Of a stretch of 64,000 nucleotides of DNA, positions 53,921-63,068 are shown piece after piece. The DNA comes from Halopseudomonas sabulinigri. GTDB lineage: Bacteria > Pseudomonadota > Gammaproteobacteria > Pseudomonadales > Pseudomonadaceae. Within the stretch, counting starts at the first letter, position 1. Each line of letters begins with the position of its first letter. The notes beneath the pieces are model-generated. The model was given only the letters and a program-made list of their open reading frames with translations. It was not told the origin of the DNA and did not search any database. The stretch spans positions 40,930 to 104,929 of the forward strand of contig DRHT01000014.1 of assembly GCA_011053055.1 (NCBI GenBank), in the 5' to 3' direction. Position numbers and translations under genes: made by a program.

Positions 53921-54571
53921 ATGGACGTAGCGTTTTGGCAAACCCGCTGGCAGCGGGGTGAAACCGGCTTTCACAAAAGCAGAGTGAATCCGTTGTTGAG
54001 TCGCTGGTGGCCGCGCCTGCAGCTGGCCCCGTCGGCGCGAGTATGGGTGCCGCTGTGCGGTAAAAGCCTTGATATGCTTTGGCTGCGCGAGCAGGGCCAT
54101 CAGGTGCAGGGCGTTGAGTTGGCGCGCTCAGCTCTTGAATCTTTCATTGAAGAACAACAATTAAAGCTCAGTTGGCAGCAGCAGGGTGAATTTGACGCAG
54201 CTGTAGGTGAGGGATTTGAGCTGTTGTGTGGCGACTTCTTCAATTTGGCTGCGCAGCAGCTGAGCGAGGTATCGGCGGTTTATGATCGCGCAGCCCTGAT
54301 TGCCCTGCCGCCTGAGATGCGCAAAAGCTATGTCCAGCACACGCGTGCGATCCTGCCGCCCGGTTGGCAGATGCTGCTGGTAACCCTGGATTATCCGCAA
54401 GATCAGCGAGCGGGTCCGCCGTTCAGTGTGCCGGACCAAGAAGTGCGCGCGCTCTTCTCGGGGTGTCGGGTCGAGTTGCTGGATGAGCAAGATGTGCTGG
54501 CCGAGCATGCAGTGTTTGCATCCCAAGGCATGCAAACACTGGTAGAGCGCGTCTATCGTATTCAGAGCTAA
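53921..54571 (+). CDS. tpm: Thiopurine S-methyltransferase
   Basis: Track ORF (GTG 53915) trimmed to ATG 53921, 6 nt after AGGAGG. The product MDVAFWQTRWQRGETGFHKSRVNPLL...VWVPLCGKSLDMLWL is a TPMT signature. Confidence 0.85.
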   Translation: MDVAFWQTRWQRGETGFHKSRVNPLLSRWWPRLQLAPSARVWVPLCGKSLDMLWLREQGHQVQGVELARSALESFIEEQQLKLSWQQQGEFDAAVGEGFELLCGDFFNLAAQQLSEVSAVYDRAALIALPPEMRKSYVQHTRAILPPGWQMLLVTLDYPQDQRAGPPFSVPDQEVRALFSGCRVELLDEQDVLAEHAVFASQGMQTLVERVYRIQS

Positions 54572-54604
54572 ACTGCGGTTGTCTTCCTTGCCTGCGGAGT
54601 CGTG

Positions 54605-55534
54605 ATGCTGGCTGCCTTTGCTTTACTCTACAAACTGCTGCCGCTTTATGTGACTGTCGCGCTGGGCTGGCTGGCCGGACGCTATCTGGATGCCAGTGGC
54701 AAACACATTGCCGGCATCATGATGTATATAGTCACACCCTCGGTGGTGTTTGCCGGGGTGATGAACGCGCCGCTGTCGGCCGAAGTGGTGTTGTTGCCTT
54801 TTCTGACGTTCAGCCTGTGCTCGATGCTTGGACTGTTGCATCTTTTCTTTGCGAGGCGCTGGCTGCACGACGGCAGTGCCAACATGATTCCGCTGTCGGT
54901 TGGTACCGGTAATACCGGTTATTTCGGCATTCCGGTGGCGCTGTTGTTGTTCGGCGAAGAGGGGCTGAGCATTTACATCGTCTGCATGCTGGGCACCACC
55001 TTATTTGAGAACTCGGTGGGTTTTTATCTGGCCGCACGCGGGCGGTTCGGCGTGCGTGACTGTGTAATCAAGGTGGCGTGCCTGCCATCGTTGTACGCTT
55101 TTTTCCTCGCGGTGTTGCTCAACTACAGTGGCATCAGTATTCCCGCTGCTTTCGTCCCTTTGTTCGACAACCTGCGCGGCGCCTACAGCGTGCTGGGTAT
55201 GATGATTATTGGTATGAGTATTTTGAGCTTTCATGGCTTGGCGGGAAATTTACGATTCACTTGGCTGGCGTTCTTTGGCAAGTTTGTCAGTTGGCCTTTG
55301 GCCGCACTGCTGTTCTGGTGGCTGGATAGCCAGTATCTGCATATCTATGACGCAGCGGTTTACCGCGCCATCCTACTGATCTCTATCACCCCTATAGCAG
55401 CCAATACGGTGGTCATTGCGACGCTACTCGATACTAGTCCACGTCAGGTGGCGGGTACTGCCTTGCTCAGTACATTGGTTGCGCTGATTTACATTCCGCT
55501 AGTGATCGCGCTGCTGTTTCCCGCCATCGTGTAG
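54605..55534 (+). CDS. AEC (auxin efflux carrier) family transporter
   Basis: ~309 aa polytopic membrane protein whose N-terminus and overall layout resemble the Mem_trans/AEC family. Confidence 0.75.
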   Translation: MLAAFALLYKLLPLYVTVALGWLAGRYLDASGKHIAGIMMYIVTPSVVFAGVMNAPLSAEVVLLPFLTFSLCSMLGLLHLFFARRWLHDGSANMIPLSVGTGNTGYFGIPVALLLFGEEGLSIYIVCMLGTTLFENSVGFYLAARGRFGVRDCVIKVACLPSLYAFFLAVLLNYSGISIPAAFVPLFDNLRGAYSVLGMMIIGMSILSFHGLAGNLRFTWLAFFGKFVSWPLAALLFWWLDSQYLHIYDAAVYRAILLISITPIAANTVVIATLLDTSPRQVAGTALLSTLVALIYIPLVIALLFPAIV

Positions 55535-55823
55535 GGGCAAAGCGCCATTATTTTGTAATAAATAGTTTGGTTGTTATCGAAACGTCTAAAAACCGTTAAT
55601 GCTTTGCGCCATATGGTCGATACTTGGGGTAGGGAGCCAAGCAGTTCGGGTAATGGAATCTACCTCTGACTGACCACCTTGTGATGCGTTGGTTGTATAG
55701 GGCGTCTCTTTCATCCGGAGCGCTCACGGGTTGTTTGAAGGTGTTCGGGTTGAGCTTCCAGGGAGTAGACAGAGCCGCGCGCTACGGCTCTCGCCATCGC
55801 CGTTAATAAAAGAGTGCACATAC

Positions 55824-57452
55824 ATGATTAGCCTATTTCGCAACTTGGGTTTCCGCTGGAAGCTTACCTTGCCCATTCTGGTTCTAGCCGCGCTGTTCGG
55901 TGTGCTTGGGTTTTCCGCTTTTTGGGCGGTCAACAACGTAGAAGGGCGTCTGATACGCGTTTCACAGGAGCTATTGCCACAAAGCTCTACCGTTCTCGAA
56001 GCAGACCGCGATATGTATCAGGCGCTGCAGGCGGAGCGTGCCATTCTGGCAGGTGTCCAAGGGGCTGAAGTGAGCGAAGAGCACAGCAGTAACTTACAAC
56101 AAGCGAGTGATCGCATTGCGAAATATGGTGCGTCGACAAGCTCTGCGCAGGGCAAAGCCTTGGCTGCGGATTTTGGTCGTGCGTTTGAGGTGTGGAAGCG
56201 TACGTCGCTGGAAAATGCTCGGATGGGCATCGCGGGTAGAGCTGATCAGGCCAACGAAATCAGCTATGGCCGCGGTTTTGAAGAATTCAGTAGGGCGCGC
56301 AACCTGATCGATCAGATGACCGAAATGGTCAATGCCGAAGCCAAACAGGAAGGCATTGTGGCCGAGAGAGAAGCTAATGCCAGCCATACTCGAGTAGCCG
56401 TGGTGTTGGGCATTGGTGCCGTAATCTGTTTGCTGATGATTATGTTTTTTCCGGGATTGATCATTACGCCTTTGAATGACCTGCTGCAGCGCATACGCGA
56501 CATTGCCGATGGCGAGGGTGACCTTACCAAGCGCGTTGTTGTGCATTCCAGCGACGAACTGGGCATGCTTAGCCGCGCGGTCAACGACTTTCTTGAACAG
56601 CTGCAAACGCTGATTCGCCAAGTGGCTGAATCTACCTTGCAGGTGGCCTCCGCTTCCGAAGAAATGAGCGCAATCGCCACCGGTCAAGAACGCTTGGTGA
56701 ATGAGCAGTATTCGGCAATTGACCAGGTCAGTACCGCTGCTACCGAGATGAGTGCGGCGATCCATGAGGTGGCAGATAACGCGCACAGCACTGCGGACGC
56801 GGCGAGCACCGCCGACAAGCAAGGTCATGAAGCCTCCGAAATCGTCGGGCACACGATGAATGATCTGCGCCGTTTGGCGGCCGATGTTGAAGAGGCTGCG
56901 GGCGTTATCAACAACCTTGAGCAAGACACCGATAAGATTGGCGGCGTGCTCAGTGTAATCCAGGGTATTGCTGAACAGACCAATCTGTTGGCTCTGAACG
57001 CCGCTATTGAAGCCGCTCGTGCCGGCGAGCAGGGCAGGGGCTTTGCGGTAGTAGCCGACGAAGTACGTGCCCTGGCAGCTCGCACCCAAGACTCCACCCG
57101 CGATATTCAGCAAATGATTCAGAAATTGCAGAGCGGTGCCGGTCAAGCCGTTTCAGTGATGCAGCGCGGCGCCGAGTTGGCAGCGCAGAGTGTCGAGAAG
57201 GCTACAACGACAGAAGCGTCATTGGCAGAAACCTCAGCTTCGGTGATGCGCATCAATGATATGGCCGCGCAAATCGCTGCTGCCTGTGAAGAGCAGAGCC
57301 AGACCACTGAAGATATTGCACGCAATATCAGCGGCATTCGTGACCTTTCCAACCAGGCGGCGCAGTCGTCGCAGGAAAGCCGCGATGCCAGCAACGCGCT
57401 GGCGCGTCTGGCCTCCACGCTGCAGCAACAAGTCGGTCGCTTTAAAACCTGA
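55824..57452 (+). CDS. Methyl-accepting chemotaxis protein
   Basis: Track ORF trimmed to ATG 55824 ([24 protein letters not shown]). It has a periplasmic 4-helix-like domain, HAMP, and the conserved signalling hairpin [35 protein letters not shown]. Confidence 0.93.
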   Translation: MISLFRNLGFRWKLTLPILVLAALFGVLGFSAFWAVNNVEGRLIRVSQELLPQSSTVLEADRDMYQALQAERAILAGVQGAEVSEEHSSNLQQASDRIAKYGASTSSAQGKALAADFGRAFEVWKRTSLENARMGIAGRADQANEISYGRGFEEFSRARNLIDQMTEMVNAEAKQEGIVAEREANASHTRVAVVLGIGAVICLLMIMFFPGLIITPLNDLLQRIRDIADGEGDLTKRVVVHSSDELGMLSRAVNDFLEQLQTLIRQVAESTLQVASASEEMSAIATGQERLVNEQYSAIDQVSTAATEMSAAIHEVADNAHSTADAASTADKQGHEASEIVGHTMNDLRRLAADVEEAAGVINNLEQDTDKIGGVLSVIQGIAEQTNLLALNAAIEAARAGEQGRGFAVVADEVRALAARTQDSTRDIQQMIQKLQSGAGQAVSVMQRGAELAAQSVEKATTTEASLAETSASVMRINDMAAQIAAACEEQSQTTEDIARNISGIRDLSNQAAQSSQESRDASNALARLASTLQQQVGRFKT

Positions 57453-57519
57453 TATTCGGGTTGTAACTTGCCGACAAGCCGTTACAATAGCGCGGCCTGA
57501 CATCAGCTCAGGCCGCTAT

Positions 57520-57633
57520 GGTGACCCTGCCGGTCCCCTCGCAATGATTCGCCGTGAACCCGGTCAGACCCGGAAGGGAGCAGCCGCAGCGGTTATATCG
57601 TGTGCCGGGGTGTGGCTGGTAGGGTTGCCACCC
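57520..57633 (+). ncRNA. ffs: Signal recognition particle 4.5S RNA
   Basis: GGTGACCCTGCCGGT...CCCGGTCAGACCCGGAAGGGAGCAGCC...GTGTGCCGGGGTGTGGCTGGTAGGGTTGCCACCC. It aligns by eye with E. coli 4.5S RNA (..CCAGGTCAGGTCCGGAAGGAAGCAGCC..GTGTGCCGGGATGTAGCTGGCAGGGCCCCCACCC). The 5' and 3' ends pair. Confidence 0.85.
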
Positions 57634-57702
57634 AATTCTGTAAGCCTCTGATTTATATAGTCTTCTAGCCGTTTCTTGTGCAGGTGATACAAGAGGTGGT
57701 AC

Positions 57703-59079
57703 ATGGAAGCTGTCCCGTCATACCTGCAACTATCCCGTCACTCTATCTTCTATTGTCGTATCGCTGTGCCTGAATCTCTGCGTCCGTTGGTTCGTAGACG
57801 GGAGCTGCGCCGGTCATTGAATACACGCTGTCGCCGTGAAGCCGTCCTGCGCTGCCGTGAGATACTGCTCAAGGCTCAACTGCTATTCATGGAAGCTCTC
57901 GACGGTAAGCCACCCTGCCTAGAATTGCTGAAAGGTTCTTGGAGTGGAGCCGGTGAAGACTCCCACAGCTGGGCGGTGTGGTTGAGGCAGCAATTACCCT
58001 CTGCTGTGACTGGCTCTAAGTCTGCTCAGAGTCCAGGTAGAAGGGCAGCCAAAGCAACGCACTCGTCTGCAAAGAGTAAGGCTCCAAAGGTCTCTCAGGT
58101 GCTTTCAGAGATGACGTTACAGCAACAGGCGCAAGGCGTATCCGCCAAGACATTGGGAGACAAGGCCGCAGTGGTCCGCCTCTTCGTGGGGATGGTGGGT
58201 GACCTGCCTATCGACTGCATAACACGAGCTGACGCACAGGCGTTCAAGGTCAAAGCTGCCAAGCTGCCCCCACGGATTAACGGCAAGCCTGAGCGGTATC
58301 CAGTCAGCAAGGGAGAGGCCGAGAAGGTCATCACCCTGACCACGCTCAACAACTACGTGAAGATGCTGGCTGCATTGTTTAGCTTTGCTCTGAAGGTAGG
58401 CTACTGCGATATCAATCCTTTCGTTGGCATGAAGACAGCCACACGGAAGAAAGCGAGCCAAGAACGTGCTGTGTTCAGTGCTGCTGACCTTTCCAAGCTG
58501 TTCAAGTCTCCCGCTTATGCTTCAGCTGATGATGATAGGCCGCACAAGTACTGGCTACCATTGCTGGGGCTGTATACCGGTGCGCGGTTGAATGAGTTGT
58601 GTCAGCTATATCTCGATGACGTGGCTGTGGTGAATGACTTGGACTGTCTCCACATCAGAGACCAGCGCCCGGACCAGCGGTTGAAGACGGTAGCATCTGA
58701 GCGGCTGCTGCCGATTCACTCAAGGCTTAAGGCGTTGGGCTTCCTTGAGTACGTCCAGAAGCAACGGGCCGCAGGTCATGAACGGCTGTTCCCTGAGCTG
58801 ACCAAGCATGCAATGCACGGCTATGGGCATGCGCCTTCCAAGTGGTTCGCTAAGCTTCGTGAGCGCTTAGGCTTCAAAGGGCAGGACCAGAAGAAGGACT
58901 TCCACAGCTTCCGTCATACCGTGGCTGACCACCTTAAACAACAAGACGTCTCTGAAGCGCTGGTGGCTGGATTGCTGGGGCATCAGTCGCAGGGCATTAC
59001 CTTCAGTCGCTACGGCAAAGACTATCGCCCTGAAGTGCTGCTGCCAGTGGTAGAGGCCATTGTGGTAGAGAGTCTGTAG
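57703..59079 (+). CDS. int: Tyrosine-type site-specific integrase
   Basis: 458 aa. The N-terminal SRHSIFYCRIAVPESLRPLV...ELRRSLNT arm-type motif is common in island integrases. The catalytic residues are in GARLNELCQL (R), HSFRHTVADHL (HxxR) and LLGH...TFSRYG (H, Y). Confidence 0.9.
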   Translation: MEAVPSYLQLSRHSIFYCRIAVPESLRPLVRRRELRRSLNTRCRREAVLRCREILLKAQLLFMEALDGKPPCLELLKGSWSGAGEDSHSWAVWLRQQLPSAVTGSKSAQSPGRRAAKATHSSAKSKAPKVSQVLSEMTLQQQAQGVSAKTLGDKAAVVRLFVGMVGDLPIDCITRADAQAFKVKAAKLPPRINGKPERYPVSKGEAEKVITLTTLNNYVKMLAALFSFALKVGYCDINPFVGMKTATRKKASQERAVFSAADLSKLFKSPAYASADDDRPHKYWLPLLGLYTGARLNELCQLYLDDVAVVNDLDCLHIRDQRPDQRLKTVASERLLPIHSRLKALGFLEYVQKQRAAGHERLFPELTKHAMHGYGHAPSKWFAKLRERLGFKGQDQKKDFHSFRHTVADHLKQQDVSEALVAGLLGHQSQGITFSRYGKDYRPEVLLPVVEAIVVESL

Positions 59080-59193
59080 CAGCAACTGCCAAGGTAAAAC
59101 GACAGGGGAGCTGTGCTATACGCTCCCGCTGCTTTGGACGTCCCTTGTCCGTTGTTGCATGCCTTGCTGGCGCTAGGGTAGTGCTGCTGGCGC

Positions 59194-59682
59194 TCAGGCA
59201 GTCGCTGGCTTGACCCTCGTGTAGCGCCTGACGCTCTGACCTGTTGCGCCCAAGGTAGCCAAGGCATCGGCCCGTTCGTTCTCTGGCTGACCGCTATGGC
59301 CTTTCACCCATCGGACCTCAACGGTGTGAGTGGTTAGCAGGGCGTCAAGCTCACGCCATAGGTCATCATTCGCTACAGGCTTTCTGCTGGATGTCTTCCA
59401 TCCGTTGTTCTTCCACTTGGTCAGCCATTCATTGCAGCCCTTGCGGACATACTGACTATCGGTTGTGAGAATGACGGTGGAAGGTTGCTTCAGTGCTGCC
59501 AAGCCTTGGATTGCTGCAGTCAGCTCTGCTCTGTTGTTGGTCTGGTGATGACCTGAGAGAGGACCGGCTATCTCAAGGCGCTTGCCTTGTGCGTTGATGA
59601 GTAGCGCTCCATAGCCGCCTTGGGCTGAGACTTCGCCGTTGTTGGGGCATGCGCCGTCCGTGTAGACCATGATAGTTGCCAT
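59194..59682 (-). CDS. rnhA: Ribonuclease HI (island-borne copy)
   Basis: Track ORF trimmed to MATIMVYTDGACPNNG... (162 aa). It is collinear with E. coli RNase HI, including D (YTDGAC), E (NNRAEL), D (TDSQYV), H (KGHSG) and D (ENERAD). Confidence 0.9.
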   Translation of the reverse strand: MATIMVYTDGACPNNGEVSAQGGYGALLINAQGKRLEIAGPLSGHHQTNNRAELTAAIQGLAALKQPSTVILTTDSQYVRKGCNEWLTKWKNNGWKTSSRKPVANDDLWRELDALLTTHTVEVRWVKGHSGQPENERADALATLGATGQSVRRYTRVKPATA

Positions 59683-60077
59683 GGTTGGTGTTCCTTGTAG
59701 GTAGGTATGTTGGGGTGATTGCCTCGATTGCCTGACGTGAGTCTTGGACAGACCTCCGGTGCTGGTGTCAGGTTGCTGAGGCGGTAGCTTTGAGAGTGGA
59801 GACGGAAGAGGTGACCACAAAGGGGGGAGACCACAAAGCATGGTTGCTTAGCGGTTGCTCGGCATCTGCTGGAGATGGAGTCTTGGAGGTCATAACCCTG
59901 ATGGGATTACTACCACCTCCACGCCTAGCGATTGCTTGGCTGTGCGCTGAGTGTGGTGGCTATGGCTTCTCTTCTTCCATGACCACAACAGCAGCAGCGA
60001 TAGCAGGAACCTTGGGTAATCCTTAGGCTGGCGCTGGTGGTTGCTCCAGGTCTCTCTCTTATATAGATATAGGGGCT

Positions 60078-60710
60078 TTACTCGGTCCCGTGGTCAGTGG
60101 GCTGTAGCGAATGTTGACCGCCAGAATTGGCACTCCTAAAAGTCCATGCTTGGAGGGTAGGCTCTCGGAGCGTTAAGTCGCCCCGCCATGCATACCAAGG
60201 ATGCAGCGTTATACGCAGTGGCCAATGCCTGCCTTGGTGCTTCCGGGCAATCAATCCGAACTTCTCCAGATCGGCTAAGGCTCGCTCCAGTGCCCGCTTG
60301 GACGTCTGAAGGCTTGACCGCAGCTCCTCGATTGAACCGAACCAGACGTTACGCCCTGCCAGTCCCTTGGCTAGTTGATGGAAGGTTCGAACGGCTCTGT
60401 CGTTAAGCCCAGCGTCCAGCAGGCCCAGCACCTTGCGAGTGTCTACGTGCAGCTTGTCCTGCCACCAATCGAATGGCTCAAGGGCTGCTGTTAGCTCCTC
60501 AGCGTCCCTCGCCAGAGCAGGCCATGGGGTAGTTACACCAACATCATTGCAACGGCGCAGGTCACGCTTTCGGACAGGCTGCAAAGGCTGCTGCTGATTC
60601 AGTATCTCCCCTGACTCAACATCGACAAGGTAGGTGTCGGGGCCGTCCTTAATCATGTGGATGGGCCGAGGGGTGGTAGTGGCAATGACTGTGCTTGGTA
60701 GTTGTTCCAT
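60078..60710 (-). CDS. Putative winged-helix DNA-binding (replication/regulatory) protein
   Basis: 210 aa. The C-half SIEELRSSLQTSKRALERALADLEKFGLIARK looks like a wHTH. No confident family assignment. Confidence 0.5.
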   Translation of the reverse strand: MEQLPSTVIATTTPRPIHMIKDGPDTYLVDVESGEILNQQQPLQPVRKRDLRRCNDVGVTTPWPALARDAEELTAALEPFDWWQDKLHVDTRKVLGLLDAGLNDRAVRTFHQLAKGLAGRNVWFGSIEELRSSLQTSKRALERALADLEKFGLIARKHQGRHWPLRITLHPWYAWRGDLTLREPTLQAWTFRSANSGGQHSLQPTDHGTE

Positions 60711-60719
60711 ACGTCCCTC

Positions 60720-61010
60720 TCAGCGGCTCAGGCGGGCAGGAATAATGGCCTTGCCTTCACTGCGTACCACCCGGCTCAGCGCCAGCCAGTAGGGTGCATC
60801 GTTGTCGCTCTCTGCGTTCTCCAGAAGCTGCTCTGTGCCTTGCTTTAAGGCTGACATCAAGGCCAGCTCTAACGCCTCTCCTAGACGTGTGTCACGGCCT
60901 TTCAGTTTGGCTAGCTCATCAGCTATTGAGACCAGCTGAGTGACATGGTCACGGCGAATGTGGATGTGGAAGCGGACAAGCTCAGGGGGCAGGGTATAGC
61001 GTTGTTTCAT
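60720..61010 (-). CDS. Putative ribbon-helix-helix regulator (96 aa)
   Basis: The N-terminus LVRFHIHIRRDHVTQLVSIADELAKL fits the beta-strand/helix pattern of CopG/Arc-type RHH proteins. It lies 9 nt upstream of the wHTH gene. Confidence 0.45.
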   Translation of the reverse strand: MKQRYTLPPELVRFHIHIRRDHVTQLVSIADELAKLKGRDTRLGEALELALMSALKQGTEQLLENAESDNDAPYWLALSRVVRSEGKAIIPARLSR

Positions 61011-61030
61011 GGGTAGGATTCCTTGGTGTG

Positions 61031-61185
61031 GGTGCTGGGTATTCAGCTAGGAAGGGTGGCAATTCAGAGAGCACAGGACATAGCTGCTCAGCGCCTGCTA
61101 TTGCTGGGCTGTCGGTGGTCGCGGTGGGTCTCGTTGCCGGGTGCTGGTGGCGCTTGGGTGTGCTCCAGCTAGGAAGGGGGGTAAT
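61031..61185. repeat. Two 20-bp direct repeats (18/20 identical) in a divergent promoter region
   Basis: CAGCTAGGAAGGGTGGCAAT (61044-61063) and CAGCTAGGAAGGGGGGTAAT (61166-61185). Each is preceded by GGTGCTGG (61031-61038 and 61140-61147). Confidence 0.8.
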
Positions 61186-61376
61186 GCAAGGTGTGAATAG
61201 ATACGCTACCGGGATTACCTTCAGCTCTCAGGATTATCCCGGAAGTGTATCTAAGTTGTTGATTAAAAAGAGAATTGCTGTTGCAATTACTTACAAGTTG
61301 AAGCTGTCCAGAGGGCTGTTAAGCGGGCATTCTGTCGCCTCTCAAGCAACACTCACATAAACAAGGAAGACAAACC

Positions 61377-61631
61377 ATGCAAAGCCCACACGTATACGTT
61401 GAACAGTCAGAAGTCATTGCAGCCCTGATGCCTGAAGTTGGGGACAGCGTAGGTATTGCCGAATGGTGGTGTATATCCAAGCCGCTGGCCGAAGCTCTGG
61501 AGCAGATGGAAGGACAGACGGTGATAAACGACGGTTACGGCTGCTGGTGGGCTATCCCATACCAAGGCCGCGACATTACGCCAGAGCGGACCCTGTGCGA
61601 CCTTGGGCTGTTTGAGTTCGTGCCTCACTGA
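61377..61631 (+). CDS. Hypothetical protein (84 aa)
   Basis: An ATG behind AAGGAAG, divergent from the RHH gene. No family is recognised. Confidence 0.5.
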   Translation: MQSPHVYVEQSEVIAALMPEVGDSVGIAEWWCISKPLAEALEQMEGQTVINDGYGCWWAIPYQGRDITPERTLCDLGLFEFVPH

Positions 61632-61666
61632 TGATGATAGGCGCGCCTGAGTGCAACGCTTGGGCG

Positions 61667-62824
61667 CTATGCTTCTTCCAGCTCTTCAGCAGTGAACGGG
61701 ATAACTTCTTTGAAAATCCCGGTAGAGGTCATCTTTCGACGGAGACTGAACATGTCCAGCGCCTCTGGTGTTTGCACCTGCTCTATTGTGGAGAAGTTGA
61801 TACGTTCCCAATCTACTCTGGAGATAATTACTGAAACTACGTACTGCTCGGCTGCATTGCCAGTGGCCGGGTTGGAGGTATTGCGGTAAGCAGATATGGC
61901 CGCTCTATCTACAGTCGGAAGTCGAGCAAATAGCTCTCCGGCAACTCTAAAAATGATTCCATGAATGTAGTCGCGGTAAAGCTGTCGTTGTTTGGTAGCA
62001 GTAAGTTTTTTTGCTGATAGGCGGTACTGCCGAGCAGGTACAGACCACTTCACTGTCGGGATGTCCTGTTCTTCCGGTAGCTGAATATCGACGGCGATAG
62101 TGTGGATGTTGTCGCCGAGGTCGTAGCTAACAGTTGGCGGGGTAGGCCAATCAATGTCAGATAAATAGCGGGCTAAGGTATTGTCGATGGCCTCAATCGA
62201 CGTAAATATCAGCCGGGTTTCTTCTTCCTCTCGATACTGCTCTAGGGCTTCCCATGCAGCCTTCTCAGCAGTCCAGTTATCAACCGCCAACAGATGCTTG
62301 TTCTTATGCGACTTTGACAGCAGCGAGAAGGTCTTTTGAATGAATGTCTGGGTCGGCTTTTCACAGAGAAATGGCTGCTGCTCGTATGTAGGGGCAGTGG
62401 AGGGCGCTGGTGTGTCGAGATGTACCGATGTAACTGCGGTTAATAGCTGATTCCTGCCCTCACACGCGATATGCAGGGAGCCTTTGAGGTAGTCGCCGTG
62501 AGTCTTGCGCACTGCTGTAGTATCAGACTCGCTTAGCCTTCTGTCATTTGAATCCAGCAGATAGCAGTTACCTTCTTCATCTGCGACCAACCGCACCTCG
62601 GATACCTTGGTGGCTGATTTGGGTGCTCTTTGGCTGCTAGCCGCGCCTAGTTTATGGCGGCTGCCCAATCCTGTACCGGGTAGGCCGACGTTTGCATGGG
62701 TGCCTCTCCTACCGGTGTTGACGGATAGCCCGCGTCCGCCAAATGTGGTGCTCACACCGCTGCCGCTGATATTAAGCCGTATGCCCGGTGCAATCTTTAT
62801 TCGTTTTGAAAATCGAAGTGCCAT
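61667..62824 (-). CDS. DUF4236-domain protein with a ~300-aa uncharacterised C-terminal region
   Basis: 385 aa. The N-terminus RFSKRIKIAPGIRLNISGSGVSTTFGGRGLSVNTGRRGTHANVGLPGTGL matches the DUF4236 repeat pattern as I recall it. I recognise no domain in the rest. Confidence 0.7.
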   Translation of the reverse strand: MALRFSKRIKIAPGIRLNISGSGVSTTFGGRGLSVNTGRRGTHANVGLPGTGLGSRHKLGAASSQRAPKSATKVSEVRLVADEEGNCYLLDSNDRRLSESDTTAVRKTHGDYLKGSLHIACEGRNQLLTAVTSVHLDTPAPSTAPTYEQQPFLCEKPTQTFIQKTFSLLSKSHKNKHLLAVDNWTAEKAAWEALEQYREEEETRLIFTSIEAIDNTLARYLSDIDWPTPPTVSYDLGDNIHTIAVDIQLPEEQDIPTVKWSVPARQYRLSAKKLTATKQRQLYRDYIHGIIFRVAGELFARLPTVDRAAISAYRNTSNPATGNAAEQYVVSVIISRVDWERINFSTIEQVQTPEALDMFSLRRKMTSTGIFKEVIPFTAEELEEA

Positions 62825-63068
62825 TTCGTCTGCTCCCTGCTCAAGCTTCCATGTTCTAATTGTTATAGCACACCGAGCTGCTGCACCTCCTCCAATGCCA
62901 CGACCAATGAATAAATGTTATGAACGTCGTCGAGGGTGAACAGCTTTTCGCAGTTGCGTGGAGGGACTGGCCACTTATTCTCGTTGCCTTTAGTCAGCCG
63001 CAGTCGCTGTAACCGCGCTCATCAAAGGTGGCGGAGAACATGGTGCCTTTGTATTTGGCGTAGACGTT

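Noticed and set aside
55590-55625. Possible sigma28 promoter upstream of the MCP gene (CTAAAAACC-N11-GCGCCATA)
   Set aside because: Only about half of the -10 element matches GCCGATAA, and it lies ~200 nt from the ATG. That is too weak to call.
56094-57146. 350-aa minus-strand ORF
   Set aside because: It is antisense to the MCP signalling domain. MCP coiled-coil repeats commonly generate long antisense frames.
57492-57516. Perfect 9-bp hairpin GCGGCCTGA-N7-TCAGGCCGC between the MCP gene and ffs
   Set aside because: No T tract follows it, so it is not a clear intrinsic terminator. It could belong to the ffs precursor leader. It is noted but not annotated.
57651-60075. Shared TTATATAG octamer near the ffs 3' flank (57652-57659) and at 60060-60067, considered as att repeats
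   Set aside because: An 8-bp AT-rich match is expected by chance, and the second copy lies inside the island next to coding genes. It is not credible as an attachment site.
61028-61360. 110-aa plus-strand ORF in the island's divergent intergenic region
   Set aside because: It has a GTG/TTG-type start without an SD and spans the two 20-bp direct repeats. It is more parsimoniously a regulatory region. Confidence in this rejection is low and blastp could revisit it.
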